DNA of 64,000 nucleotides from Octopus bimaculoides (Eukaryota). Each line of letters opens with the position of its first letter. Position 1 is the stretch's first letter. Shown in pieces: positions 24,431 to 37,213 of this stretch. The notes under the pieces were generated by a model. It saw nothing but the letters and a program-made list of their open reading frames with translations, was not told where the DNA came from and did no database searches. The stretch is from contig NC_068985.1 in NCBI RefSeq assembly GCF_001194135.2, positions 96,446,490-96,510,489 of the forward strand, given 5' to 3'. Made by a program: the position numbers and the translations under genes.

Positions 24431-27400
24431 CTCAGACATCTGAATCAGACTTATCATTTATTAGCTTTAATACTTATGCTTCAGTGACATTTACATGTGT
24501 GTGTGTGTGTATGTGTGGATATGTCAGGGCATCGTGTGTATGGAGATGTGCCAATAAAGCCCATCCCAAGTGTTCAGTAGTAAAAAAATAAATAAGATAA
24601 GATAAAATAAAGCAAAAAAAACAAAAAAACTATGTCACCAGTGAAATAAAAGCAACAACTACCACCACCACAACCCTTTGACCAATTATCTTCTGCTAAT
24701 AAACAAAACTAGGGTAAAATAGATCTTCAGGGCAAAACTAGAAATTTCTAGCATACAACAACAACAATAAAACTAACCACTTGTTCATCTTTCAAGAAAT
24801 AAACATTCCTATAAAATAAACAAACAAGGCATTCAGATTTCTGGGAGTAGGGAACAGTTAAAATTTATACAGGCTCAGTTCTTCACCGATTCCTTATTTT
24901 ATCAACTCCAGCAGGATTAAGGCAGAGTCAGGTTCNNNNNNNNNNNNNNNNNNNNNNNNNNNNNNNNNNNNNNNNNNNNNNNNNNNNNNNNNNNNNNNNN
25001 NNNNNNNNNNNNNNNNNNNNNNNNNNNNNNNNNNNNNNNNNNNNNNNNNNNNNNNNNNNNNNNNNNNNNNNNNNNNNGGCGAAATGCTTAGTGGCATTCC
25101 GTCTGTCTTTATGTTCTGAGTTCAAATTCCGCTGAGGTCGGCTTTGGCTTTCATCCTTTGGGAGTCGATAAATTAAGTAGCAGTTGTGTACTGGAGTCGA
25201 TCTAATTGACTGGCCCCCTCCCCCCCAAATTTCGGGCCTTGTGCCTAGAATAGAAAAAAATACAGAATATGAAGGCACAGGTGTGACTGTGTGGTAAGAA
25301 GTTTGCTTCTCAACCACATGGTTCTGGGTTCAGTCCCACTGCATGATACCCTGGGCAAGTGTCTTCTACTATAGCCTTGCGCCGACAATGCATGGCTCAA
25401 TTCAACAATTGAACCCATGATCTAATGACTAAGTGCCAAGGTAGCCCATTAAATAAAATGATTAAAAAAACCCCCAAAAAACTGGATTTCTGACTATAGG
25501 ACACACTACTGGGCATGCTCATATTAGAAGCTGTATGAATTGGGTTGCTAGCCCTGGTGGTGGTGGTGGTGGTGGAATAGATGAGTTTCGAGTGTTGATA
25601 TGTGTTGGGGGTGGGTGGGACTGGAGCTGTGTACTACTGTAGATGGGTTGTTTGGTTCATTAGGTACAGCAGACACTTTGGCAGTTGAAAGGGAAAAGGA
25701 AACATCTGAACCGGTGTCAGGAAGAGAATGAGAGAACAGTTTGTAAGTACATAGCTCATAGCTCCATCTGGCGTCAGCAATGTAACTAATAACTGCCCCT
25801 CCCCTCCACACATACATACATCTTCTTGTAACTAATACTAATTAATTAACGAAATGGCTGCATGGAGTATTTTGAACACTGGCCAGATTGCTGTAAGTGA
25901 GGACAGACAGAGCAGTGCGGAGGAATGATATGTTGGTGCAACACAACTCGGGGCTCATAGGGAACAAGGATAAGATGACTGTGAGTATGTGTGCACCATC
26001 GTCATCATTTATTGTCCATGTTCATACGGACATGGATTTAATGGTTCAAAGAGATCCAGCTATCCACAAGGCTGCATGGAACTCAAATGTCAGCTATGAC
26101 GTGGTTTCTATGACCAGATGCCCTTCCTAGCACCAACCAGTTTACATTGGGTACAAGGGGATTTTTCCATGCCATCTGCATTATTGAAGTTCTCAAGTAA
26201 TTCACAAAACAGGAAAAAANNNNNNNNNNNNNNNNNNNNNNNNNNNNNNNNNNNNNNNNNNNNNNNNNNNNNNNNNNNNNNNNNNNNNNNNNNNNNNNNN
26301 NNNNNNNNNNNNNNNNNNNNNNNNNNNNNNNNNNNNNNNNNNNNNNNNNNNNNNNNNNNNNNNNNNNNNNNNNNNNNNNNNNNNNNNNNNNNNNNNNNNN
26401 NNNNNNNNNNNNNNNNNNNNNNNNNNNNNNNNNNNNNNNNNNNNNNNNNNNNNNNNNNNNNNNNNNNNNNNNNNNNNNNNNNNNNNNNNNNNNNNNNNNN
26501 NNNNNNNNNNNNNNNNNNNNNNNNNNNNNNNNNNNNNNNNNNNNNNNNNNNNNNNNNNNNNNNNNNNNNNNNNNNNNNNNNNNNNNNNNNNNNNNNNNNN
26601 NNNNNNNNNNNNNNNNNNNNNNNNNNNNNNNNNNNNNNNNNNNNNNNNNNNNNNNNNNNNNNNNNNNNNNNNNNNNNNNNNNNNNNNNNNNNNNNNNNNN
26701 NNNNNNNNNNNNNNNNNNNNNNNNNNNNNNNNNNNNNNNNNNNNNNNNNNNNNNNNNNNNNNNNNNNNNNNNNNNNNNNNNNNNNNNNNNNNNNNNNNNN
26801 NNNNNNNNNNNNNNNNNNNNNNNNNNNNNNNNNNNNNNNNNNNNNNNNNNNNNNNNNNNNNNNNNNNNNNNNNNNNNNNNNNNNNNNNNNNNNNNNNNNN
26901 NNNNNNNNNNNNNNNNNNNNNNNNNNNNNNNNNNNNNNNNNNNNNNNNNATGACCTCGCTCGAATGTCTTTTCACGTGCCACCGACACAAGTGCCGCAAT
27001 CTGGGGGGAACCAGTTGGGAGTCTGCGTGGAGAGGGACAGAAAAGAAGAGAGAGAGAGAGTGAGAGAGAACTTGTGTCTCACAACCAGACTTCATTTGAT
27101 TACAACACACACAATGCAGGCATGCACACACGTGTGCATGCGTGCATGTTTTTGCTTCCAGCACAATTGCCAAAACCGGTTAAATATCCAATCAGCCATG
27201 CCAAAACCTCAGCATCCAAACAGCTGCGCCAAACTGTCTCATTCCAGGATAAGAGACCGAACATAACACTCTACTGTCCACGGAAATACTGACATTTTAC
27301 TTGAGAGTCATGCAAGACAGGGGCTTCGCAAATGCCCCCTAAAACTGCGCTGTAACCCTATCTACTGATCCTCATTCAACACCAAAGCAATGGAATAATG

Positions 27401-27661
27401 AATGGTAGCTGCCACTGCTCTCAACACTAATTAGTGACTGTTCAGAATTCCTGCTTTAACTAAGAGCACACTTGAAGTGTAATTGATATCTTCGCACTTC
27501 CTCTTGCAGAATTACAAGGAGCGGAATCAGGAGATTTGTTACTGCATGCACACACACAGGGTTCTTTACTTTGTTGTTTTCTGTCGCAGCCGAGACCTTG
27601 TTGGATGACTGCTTTTTACACATGTGGACGTATGCAAGCACATATACACACATGCGTTTCC

Positions 27662-27692
<31 letters not shown>

Positions 27693-28051
27693 TACTTGTT
27701 TTAGTCATTAGACTGTGGTCATGCTGGAGCACAGCATTGAAGAATATTTTGTTCAGTGAATTGACCCCAGTAACCTATTTTTTTAAGCCTGTACTTTTCT
27801 ATCTGATGGGGACGTAAACACACCATCATAGGTTGTCGTGCAGAGGAGGGAACAAACACAATGACAGACACACACACACATATGTAAATATATATGACAA
27901 GCTTCTTTCAGTTTCCATTTACCAAATCACAAGGATTTGGTCAGCCCAAGGTACCATGAAGAGGGACTGAACCTGGAACCATGTGGTTATGAAGAAAACT
28001 TCTTACTACACAGCCACTTGTGCACCTATATATGTGTGTGTGTGTGTGTAT

Positions 28052-28420
28052 TCTTTTATTCTTTTACTTGTTTCAGTCATTTGACTGCAGCCATGCTGGA
28101 GCATCGCCTTTAGTCAAACAAATCAAGCCCAGGGCTTATTCTTTGTAAGCCTAGTACTTATTCTATCGGTGTCTTTTGCCGAACCGCTAAGTTACGGGAA
28201 TGTAAGCATGCCAACTTTGGTTGTCAAGCAATAGTGGGGGAACAAACAGACAAACAAACATACATACATGATGTGCTTCTGTTAGTTTCCGCCTACCAAA
28301 TCCATTCACAAGGCTTTGTAGAAGGCTATAGTAGAAAACACTTGCTCAAGGTGCCACACAGTGGCTCTGAACCTGGAACCATGTGGTTCGGAAGCAAGCT
28401 TTTTACCACACAGGCACTCC
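28052..28420 (-). mobile_element. SINE family A copy (a second copy lies at 27690-28018)
   Basis: Reverse complement of the family A consensus. Confidence 0.85.
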
Positions 28421-28588
28421 TGTGACTATATATATTATATATAAATGCCTATGTATATACGCATCAGCGTAGATATAATTGTAGCCAAGTTACGAGATAC
28501 TTCTAAACAAGACACTCCTACACATTTTAATGTATTTATATGTTTTTACATTTAAGTTCAAACTTACACAACTGGTAGTATTAACGAC

Positions 28589-28627
<39 letters not shown>

Positions 28628-29032
28628 GGAGAGAGAGAGAGAGGGAGAGAGAGAGAGAGAGGAGAGAGAAGAGAGTTAAAAGCTTTCATTAAAATCAGAA
28701 AATATCGGAGCAGCACAGATCCACCAATTTGAAGCAAACACTGACGCTGCGAAACTGAGGAAGTCGGTCTTTGCAGTACATTTACCATTCAATAGAACCA
28801 CTTCCTTTCTATCACATTACTTACATATATCCACCACCATTCCACTCACTACACTTTTTTCTTATTTAATTAGCTTCTATAACACACGCAGTTGTTTGTC
28901 TGTTTGTTTGTTGTCCATTATTATCCTGCTGGCATATATGTAGGACGGGAACTTATGCCAGGCCAGGATTTTACTGCCAGGTGCTATTCCTGCTGCCAAC
29001 CTTTATTTAGTTTTTCAAGTAACTCTTTTACC

Positions 29033-29232
29033 CTTTTACTTGTTTCAGTCATTTGACTGCGGCCATGCTGGAGCACCACCTTTAGTCGAGCAAATCGATC
29101 CCAGGACTTATTCTTTGGAAGCCTAGTACTTGTTCTATCGGTCACCACACTGATGCTGGTGTGTTTACGGGGACGTAAACACACCAGCATCAGTTGTCAA
29201 GAGATGTTGGGGGGACAAACACTGACACACAA

Positions 29233-29268
<36 letters not shown>

Positions 29269-29425
29269 GACGGGCTTCTTTCAGTTTTCGTCTACCAAAT
29301 CCACTCGCAAGGCTTTGGTCGGCCCGAGGCTATAGTAGAAGACACTTGCTCAAGGTGTCACGCAGTGAAACTGAACCCAGAACCATGTGGTTGGTAAGCA
29401 AGCTTCTTACCACACAGCCACTCCT
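29033..29425 (-). mobile_element. SINE family A copy with small internal inversion/duplication
   Basis: Reverse complement of family A; ACTGATGCTGGTGTGTTTACG is inserted in inverted orientation near 29149-29170. Confidence 0.85.
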
Positions 29426-29984
29426 GCAAGGGTGTCTTTTTCTTTATAACTCTCAACAAACCTTTGAATATATTTGTGTGTCTGTGTGTACCCTTGATCT
29501 GACATTGTGTGAAAGTTGTAAATGAATGAGCATCACTGCCAAACAAGCAATGAAGAAACATTACCTTGCTAGGAAATAGGTGAGTGTGAGCAACAGGAAG
29601 GGCATCCAGCTGTAGAAATTTTCTACCTTAATGAATTCCATTCGATAGTTCGACAGGAGCTGGCAAGCTGAAGAGCTGCATCCTAACCCTAACCCTAACA
29701 GAGTGTGTTGGGTGCGTTTTGTGTGGCACCAATATTGGCAAGTTTACCAAATAACTTGCAAGACATAAGATCCAACTGCGGAGGTGAGAGGTATTGAGGG
29801 GGCAGGGGTGTCCTGTGTGCCAGATGATGAGAGGTTAGAGAATGAGAGAGACAGAAATGGGTATCTTGCTGTAGAAAGACAAATGGTTACCCCAGCTGGA
29901 AAGAGAAGAGAGAGAGAGAGAGAGTGATAGAGATAGTGGCAATGTGCTAGGGCACCCATGTACAAGTCACACCTCTAATTTAGT

Positions 29985-30278
29985 TTTGAGCGAGGTCGTT
30001 GCCAGTGCCGCTGGACTGGCTCCTGTGCAGGTGGCACGTAAAAAACACCATTTGACCTCGGCTGTTGCCAGTACCACCTGACTGGCTCTTGTGCCGGTGG
30101 CACGTAAAAGTACCCACTACACTCTCGGAGTGGTTGGCATTAGAAAGGGCATCCAGCTGTAGAAACTCTGCCAAATCAGATTGGAGCCTCGTGCAGCCAT
30201 CTGGTTTGCCAGTCCCCAGTCAAATCGTCCAACCCATGCTAGCATGGAAAGCGGACGTTAAACGATGATGATAATGAT
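29985..30278 (+). mobile_element. RTE-LINE 3'UTR remnant (family C)
   Basis: Matches 18100-18428; (GAT)n-like tail. Confidence 0.85.
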
Positions 30279-30610
30279 GAATCTTAGTACAAAATTTTCG
30301 GTACTAAATCATAAATCTAGCTTTGCCCATTGTATGTTGCCCATTAGTTGTTTCGGTTGAAAGCAAGTATAGTCTGTTTTTAAGTTTCCTCTTTACAAAT
30401 CTACTCAGAAGTCAAATATACAGGTACGAAAGTACCTTTACACCACGTGTAAGTATAAATATATTTTTTTAGTAATCATCAAAAAATATCAGAACTCAAA
30501 TTCCAAAACACATATTCTGAATTAATCATAATTACATAAACATTTATATATAAAAAAAAAGATTGTAGCAAAAAATAAAAATAAAAATAGAAAGTTGAAT
30601 AATAATAATA

Positions 30611-31162
30611 GCCCTGATGCAGTACCAGGCAGTGGGCTCTCTTGGCTTCTCATCTTAATTGATTGGAAGTGTTATCATGTACTTGTTTTGTGTTGGTATA
30701 AAAGATGGGCTACAGCAAATATTCTGCTTAATATTTGCTTGTCTGTTGTTTGACCGTAACCAGTTGAGCATGTCCCTTGCTGGTTGACGATATGTGCATC
30801 TCTGATCACGAGCAGAAGTAGTGGAGGAGCATCATAGCCATGTGTTGAGAGAAATTCTTAAGGGTCTGGATAATTCACCTTTGGAAACAAAGGTGTTTCG
30901 TTCAACATCCTTAGACAACCCTTATTCAGGGATATTTTGAGTGGGATGGGCTACTCAACCTGAAGAAAATTCTAACTGAGCCCCACCTGCAAGGTCATGC
31001 GTTGTTTATCTAGATATGAGATCACCATGTCGCGCACATATGGTTGTGATGCATGTACCTGGTGTACCTTTATCCGATGGGTAGTCATGAGGGGTATACT
31101 GGGCTTCATATCTTTTACCCAAGTTTCACTTTGATGGCATGCTCTCACTCAATAATAATAAT
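30611..31162 (+). mobile_element. ~550-bp retroposon (family E) with (AAT)n tail, embedded in (AAT)n
   Basis: Near-identical inverted copy at 43262-43788 and a tail fragment at 48613-48670; no tRNA head and no ORF seen. Confidence 0.75.
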
Positions 31163-32662
31163 GGTTTTAAATTTAGACACAAGGCTAGGAATTTTTGTGG
31201 AGGAAAAATAATCTTTGTTGGAAATAAATATGTGAGGGTTGGCAACAAGAAGGATATCTGGCCATAGAAAATCTGCCTCAAACGAACTCTTGTTTGACCC
31301 ATACAAACATGGAAAAGTGGACCTTCTGTTCCATATTCATTCCAAGAACACAGGTCCAATAGAAACATAAAGCAGAGAACAGGCACATGCGTCTGGTTTG
31401 AAAGTGAAAGTAGACAAGTGATGAGAAGCTGCATATTTTCTGTGTAAAGACACGACAAAGACAAGGGGGGGAGGGGTTAATCAAAATCTTTATAGGGGTG
31501 TGGTGCAAATCTATATGAAGGACTCCTACGAGAGGAACTTTATAGAATTCCCTTAGTCTAAGAGCTCTTGTTGCTATATATGGTTGGTTACATACACTCA
31601 AAGAATGGTGTGTTTAATATCAGTGAGCTGACAAGACTTGTTAGCATGTCATTTTTTCTGTCTTTAACTTCAGAGTTCAAATGTCTCCAAGGTTGACTTA
31701 GCCATTCGTCCTTTTGGGGTTGATAAAATAAGTACCAGTTCAGTACTGGGTTTGATGTAATCAACCTACTCCTTGCCCTGAACTTGCTGGCCTTGTGCCC
31801 CAGATTTGAAGCCAATATAAAACCATCTCCTTTCAATACTAACCCTTATCCTCATCTGAACAGTCTTGTTTTGTAAGTTACTGGTGCTGGTGGTATGTAA
31901 AAAGCACCCAGTACATGCTATGAAGGGGTTGGCATTAGGAAGGGCATCCGGGAGTAGAACCCATGCTAAAGTGACACAGGAGTATGATGCAGTCTTTGAG
32001 TACATTGGATTCTGTCGAACCATCCATACCATGTCAGAATGGCAAAACAGATGGTAAATGATGATGAGGATGTATTTGATCAGGGATTTTCTTGTACAAA
32101 TGTTATGAACATGTGATATACAGAAGATATACAGTGACAACATGTAGTGGTTTACGAGTGTGAACAAGAGTGTGAGTGAGAATATGAGTGTAAGTGCAGA
32201 TCGAGTGACTGCATACACGAATGCACACATTAACAAACACTTGAAGCCCACCTTCCGATTGTTGCATATTCTCATTTTATATGGTGAATAAGAGTATAAT
32301 ATTGGTTGCAAAAAAACTGGTACGGGATCAGCAATTTCGAGGAAGGGGGCAAGGTGATTACATTGACCCCCAGTGTTCAACTGGTACTTATTTTATCAAC
32401 CCTCAAAAGGATGAAAGACAAAACAGACCTCAGCGGAATTTGAACTCGGAACGTTATAAAGACAGCTGAAAAGCTGCTAAGCATTTTGCCTGGGGTGTGT
32501 TAATGGGGTTTTGCCAGTTCGTCACCTTAATTAAAGTCTATAATATTGAATGAGTTTCATTAGGAGTTGCACGAAAGTTAATCAAGCTGGGAGTTTTAGA
32601 TAGATAGTCCTTGCCTCACATACAGACACACACACACTGAATATTATTAGTTGGAATTTTAA

Positions 32663-32838
32663 CCCTTTAGCATTTAAACTGGCCATATCTGGCCTCTCAC
32701 ATCTACCCTACAATGTCATTCTAAAAATAAGCATTCACGTGATCAAAATCTCAAAGCTATGAGATGATCCACGATTAATTCTAAACAATATGAACAATTA
32801 AGCATTACATTTGACAGATTAAACTGAATGCTAAAGGG
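32663..32838. mobile_element. piggyBac-type MITE
   Basis: TTAA|CCCTTTAGCATT ... AATGCTAAAGGG|TTAA: perfect 12-bp TIRs with TTAA TSD. Related internal sequence at about 18480-18620. Confidence 0.85.
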
Positions 32839-33162
32839 TTAAATGAAAGAAAAAAAAAATACAAACAAAAAAACTCACAAACATTATAGCCAAAAAAAAT
32901 GGACATACATCAATGACATACATGAGACATTATATAAAAGATTAAAAAAAAAAGGTTAAGTTGAGGTCTAGAAGGGTTTGTTGTTGGCCACTAAACCATA
33001 AGGGGTTTTTTTTTAACCTCACGGAGCTTCAACAATATTAGTGTTTACAGTTTTAGAAATTACTGATATTAGCCAGACACAGAATCAAATAAGAATCAAG
33101 GTTATTGGATATTTTAGGGGAGAATGTCTTGGACGAAGTTAAAAATGCTTTAATTCTCTTAC

Positions 33163-33363
33163 CCCTTTTCATAACTTCCAAGTGTTCCCAAAGTATATCA
33201 CCCACGTAAGGTGGCGCTCTTTCCAGAAAAGCATCTTTACCAAGTTGACACATTTCTTTACCGGTCATGTTGAAACGATCGGTGCGAATGCCATTGAGAG
33301 CGTATTCTTGTCTGACCCATTCCAACCATTGCATCACATTGATTTTGTTCCACTGTACAGGAT
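33163..33363 (-). CDS. ETS1: ETS1/2-like exon: PNT (SAM) domain core
   Basis: (D)PVQWNKINVMQWLEWVRQEYALNGIRTDRFNMTGKEMCQLGKDAFLERAPPYVGDILWEHLEVMKR is a PNT signature. Acceptor TCTTTAG|AT, donor AGGG|GTAAGA; 201 nt. Confidence 0.96.
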
Positions 33364-33597
33364 CTAAAGAATACATCAGGGTATTTGGACTGTTAACGCT
33401 TCCTTACTAAAGTATGGCATGGCATTAATGCACACATATGGTCCAAACATACAAATATATACACACACTAACATTCAGACAAAAACATAAATATATACAC
33501 ACTGTAAAGACACACAAACGCTTGTGAATATATACTACAAATTAAACGAAGAAAGCATGCATACACAAAATGTGTGTGAGTGTTTGTGTGTGCTAAA

Positions 33598-33835
33598 CTG
33601 GTTTCAATTCCTGGGCTAGGTAGTACATTGTGTTCTTGAGCAAAACCCTTCATTTCACCTTGCCCCTAGTTCACTCAGCTGCAGGGAGGTTCCAACAAAA
33701 GCTTGGTAAGTTAGCCCCACAAACTGACTGGCGTCCTGTCCAGGAAGGGGTATTGTCGTCTCAGTCAGTTTATACGTGATGGAAATCGGGTCAAGCTCCG
33801 GCCCTAGGGTCCTACGATTCACGGCAGGCTCAGGA
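33598..33835 (+). mobile_element. Old SINE remnant with B-box and CORE-like motif
   Basis: GTTTCAATTCC, GTGTTCTTGAGCAAAAC and GACTGGCGTCCTGTCCAGG motifs are typical of conserved-domain SINEs. Confidence 0.5.
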
Positions 33836-34503
33836 CCTGTATATATGAGTATGTACATATTATGTATATATGTGTGTGTATGTATATATATATATATATA
33901 TATACATATTACATGGTCATGTGATTGATGAGGACTATCAGATGTTATATATCGCTGGTCACAATGCTTTTCACCTTGCTTTAGCTTTTGAATAAGGATA
34001 CCCTGCTGGCTAGGCAGGCAGGCAGGCAGGCCAAAAGTCCCCCCAGCCCCTGATCGGGAGGCTAGTCCATCAAAGGGTTACCCATAGACAGCTGAGTGGA
34101 TTGGACAAGTGTGAAATGAAGTGCCTTGCTCAAGAACACGACATGGTGCATGGTCTGAGAATTGAACCCACAATCTAGCTATTATGAGTACAACATCCTA
34201 CCATTGGTCCATGCACCTTCAGTATGTGTGTGTGTGTGTGTGTGTGCATGCGCGCGCGCGCGTGTATATGTAAAATCAGTCATAAAACATCTATTAAGAA
34301 CAGCAATAACAACAACAACATCTACAACAGTAACATATAAGGGCCAGAATGCCTTTGATCAAATATCACCTTGATCAGACCAGGCACAGGGACTAAACAA
34401 CATCCACAGCAACAACAACAACAACAACATCAACAAAGACAAAGCTCACTAAAAGAAAGAAAAGGAAAGAAGAAAGGAAGGAAGGAATAAAGACGGTACT
34501 TAC

Positions 34504-34623
34504 CACGTGGAATATTTAATCGTTGTTGTTCTTTCTCAAAACTTTTAAAACTAGCAAAGAGAGCCTGGGACACTTTTTGGGTTGTTCCTGGCGTTAATGG
34601 CAAGATGTGATTGTTGGAATAAT
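34504..34623 (-). CDS. ETS1: ETS1/2-like exon: MAPK site (PLTP) and PNT N-terminal helices
   Basis: (D)YSNNHILPLTPGTTQKVSQALFASFKSFEKEQQRLNIPR aligns with ETS1 [34 protein letters not shown]. Acceptor CCATTCCAG|AT, donor CGTG|GTAAGT; 120 nt. Confidence 0.94.
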
Positions 34624-35097
34624 CTGGAATGGTTAGAGGAATAATTGACATGAATCTTGGAGACAGAGCATTGCAAACATCACAATATACACCCCCATCC
34701 TTCTCTCTCTCTTTCTCTCCCTCCCTCAACCACCCATCAGAACTTGTTTCTAGATTTATATGGAACAAAACAAGCCTCAATGCATTCAATTTGCTAGAAA
34801 TAGCAATGAAATGTCACTAAAACTACAACCTGCTAGTTTTAAAAAGGAAAGACATATTGGTTAATTGTAAGTTTACACACACTACACCTGGAATAGAAAA
34901 ACCCTCCAGGACAGAAGGTTGCTTCTCAACCATGTAATCTTGGGTTCAGACCCCCCCCCCTGTGTGGCACTTTGTCAAAAGTCATCTATAATAGCCCCAG
35001 GTTGACCAAAGCCTTGTGAGTGGGTTTAATGGCTGGGGACAGAAATAAGCCCATCATCATCCCCCCTCTCTCTTTCTATATTCACTACTGGCCATGT

Positions 35098-35247
35098 CTT
35101 AAAAGACATGTTAGGATCCACAATGAGCAGAACTTACCTGCAGGTATTGGTAGTGCAAATCAGAGGTGCAATCTGTGTGGGTGTTTTTTCAAAACACTGT
35201 CTGGTTTAAAAAGCCACATCAGACGCCATGAAAGGGCTAAGGTGTAG
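35098..35247 (+). pseudogene. C2H2 zinc-finger-coding fragment, probably the 3' end of a LINE ORF
   Basis: LKRHVRIH...CNLCGCFFKTLSGLKSHIRRH then stop: exact C-x2-C-x12-H-x3-H at 35167-35229. No TGEKP linker; next to a gap. Confidence 0.6.
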
Positions 35248-36311
35248 GTGCAGGAGGTGGTCAAACTCTGTTTAAGGAGTAGACNNNNNNNNNNNNNNNN
35301 NNNNNNNNNNNNNNNNNNNNNNNNNNNNNNNNNNNNNNNNNNNNNNNNNNNNNNNNNNNNNNNNNNNNNNNNNNNNNNNNNNNNNNNNNNNNNNNNNNNN
35401 NNNNNNNNNNNNNNNNNNNNNNNNNNNNNNNNNNNNNNNNNNNNNNNNNNNNNNNNNNNNNNNNNNNNNNNNNNNNNNNNNNNNNNNNNNNNNNNNNNNN
35501 NNNNNNNNNNNNNNNNNNNNNNNNNNNNNNNNNNNNNNNNNNNNNNNNNACTACAGCCTCAGGCCGACCAAAGCCTTGTGAGTGGATTTAGTAGACGGAA
35601 ACTGAAAGAAGCCCGTCGTATATATATGTATGTGTGTGTGTGTGTGTGTGTGTCTGTCTGTCTTTGTCTCCCCAACATCGCTTGACAACTGATGCTGGTA
35701 TGTTTAGATCCCCGTAACTTAGAGGTTCAGCAAAAGAGACCGATAGAATAAGTACTAGGCTTACAAAGAATAAGTCCTGGGGTCGATTTGCTCGACTAAA
35801 GGCGGTGCTCCAGCATGGCCACAGTCAAAGTGACTGAAACAAGTAAAAGAAATGTTTTTTTGTTTTTCATTTTTTTTTTGTTGGTTTTGTTGGGTCAGGA
35901 GGTTGGCTTTAGACCCTGACCTTCAAAGGACCTCCCCTTCTCTGAGCGCGTAAAAGTGCAACACCAAGTGTATATATGAGTTCAGCTTCCCTGCGTCTTT
36001 TGTGTAATCAGTGTGTGTACATGTGTGTGAGTATGTATGATCATATCTGAGTGTGTATGTGTACCCATGTTTTTGTATAATCGATATATTTTGTATAATT
36101 GATGGGCCTTTAAGCAGTGAATTTGTACTGATATTTGATTTTTCGTGTGTGTGTGTGTGTGTGTGTGTGTGCATGTGTGTATTGCTGTAATGTGTGTGTG
36201 TATATGTATGAGTATTTTTCATTCTTCTATACATATAATATAAATTACATATGGACACAGACAAAATAATACACAAAAACATCCCCAACATACACACGCA
36301 TGCATAAACAT

Positions 36312-36349
<38 letters not shown>

Positions 36350-37213
36350 TAAATACACAAAAACAAATACAAACACACATTGTAAAGTATATCCCTTAGT
36401 AAACACGCATGCACAGATTAAACAAAACACTCCCCCATAAACACAACACACACGCACACATTGTACAGGCATTCATACACACCTGTCAACAAATACACGT
36501 AAACACACACACACACAGACATGGCCAGTAGTGAACAATCATTGAAAAGCAAAAATCAATAACATATCCCCACTGAAGCAACCACCCCCACCTCACACAC
36601 ACATACATTCACAGTCGCACACACTCTCACACACACAAACACAGAGAGGCTACTTGCAAGGCTAAACACACACAAGAGTTGGCAAGGAATCTTGAAACAA
36701 TATTTACCAAAGCCACTAAGCCATCGATTAAGAACCTCGTAAAGACGAGTCAGATCGGTTCTATCAACAGAATCTCGGCTGGAATCAAATCATGGCCTTC
36801 AAATCTTTGGAATGTCGACACGATCAAATAAAACTGAAGGTCAGTCATGAAATTAACGAACGCTGAGTCGTTAAGCCGATAAGTAAACTATTTTAATGTT
36901 TTGTTAGACTTGGCAGAAATATCACTCCACCAAACACACACAAAGAATATAAAAAAAAAATCAATTCAATAAAAGAACAACAAATAATGGATTTTTGATG
37001 AGCCTTAAAGTGCTGGACAAGTAGAGTTAATTCACTTGTTTGACAACAGAATTTACAACTATCACATGATGTTGTGTCAAACACATATTACAAGAGCTTC
37101 TTTCTGTTTCTGCCTAGCAAATCCACTCTCAAGGTTTTGGCCAGCTCAGTGCCATAGTAGAAGACTCTTGTCCAAAGATTCCACATAATGAAATCTGCAA
37201 CTGACACCTTTGA

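Noticed and set aside
25548-25675. Possible alternative terminal exon ending ...HHHHHHQG* that would give a PNT-only protein
   Set aside because: The phase fits, but the acceptor is AAG, the peptide is low-complexity from an (ACC)n repeat, and no AATAAA was found downstream on the minus strand; needs RNA evidence.
26083-27266. Long ORFs in the supplied track that span N-gaps (also 46190-47321, 57671-58364, 58822-59604, 60588-61319)
   Set aside because: Length is due to X residues from gaps; the flanks are SINE or microsatellite sequence.
34624-34655. Upstream alternative acceptor (CCAAG|A) for the PLTP exon
   Set aside because: Phase 2 and weaker; the 34623 acceptor has a better pyrimidine tract and matches the ETS1 phase-1 Asp junction.
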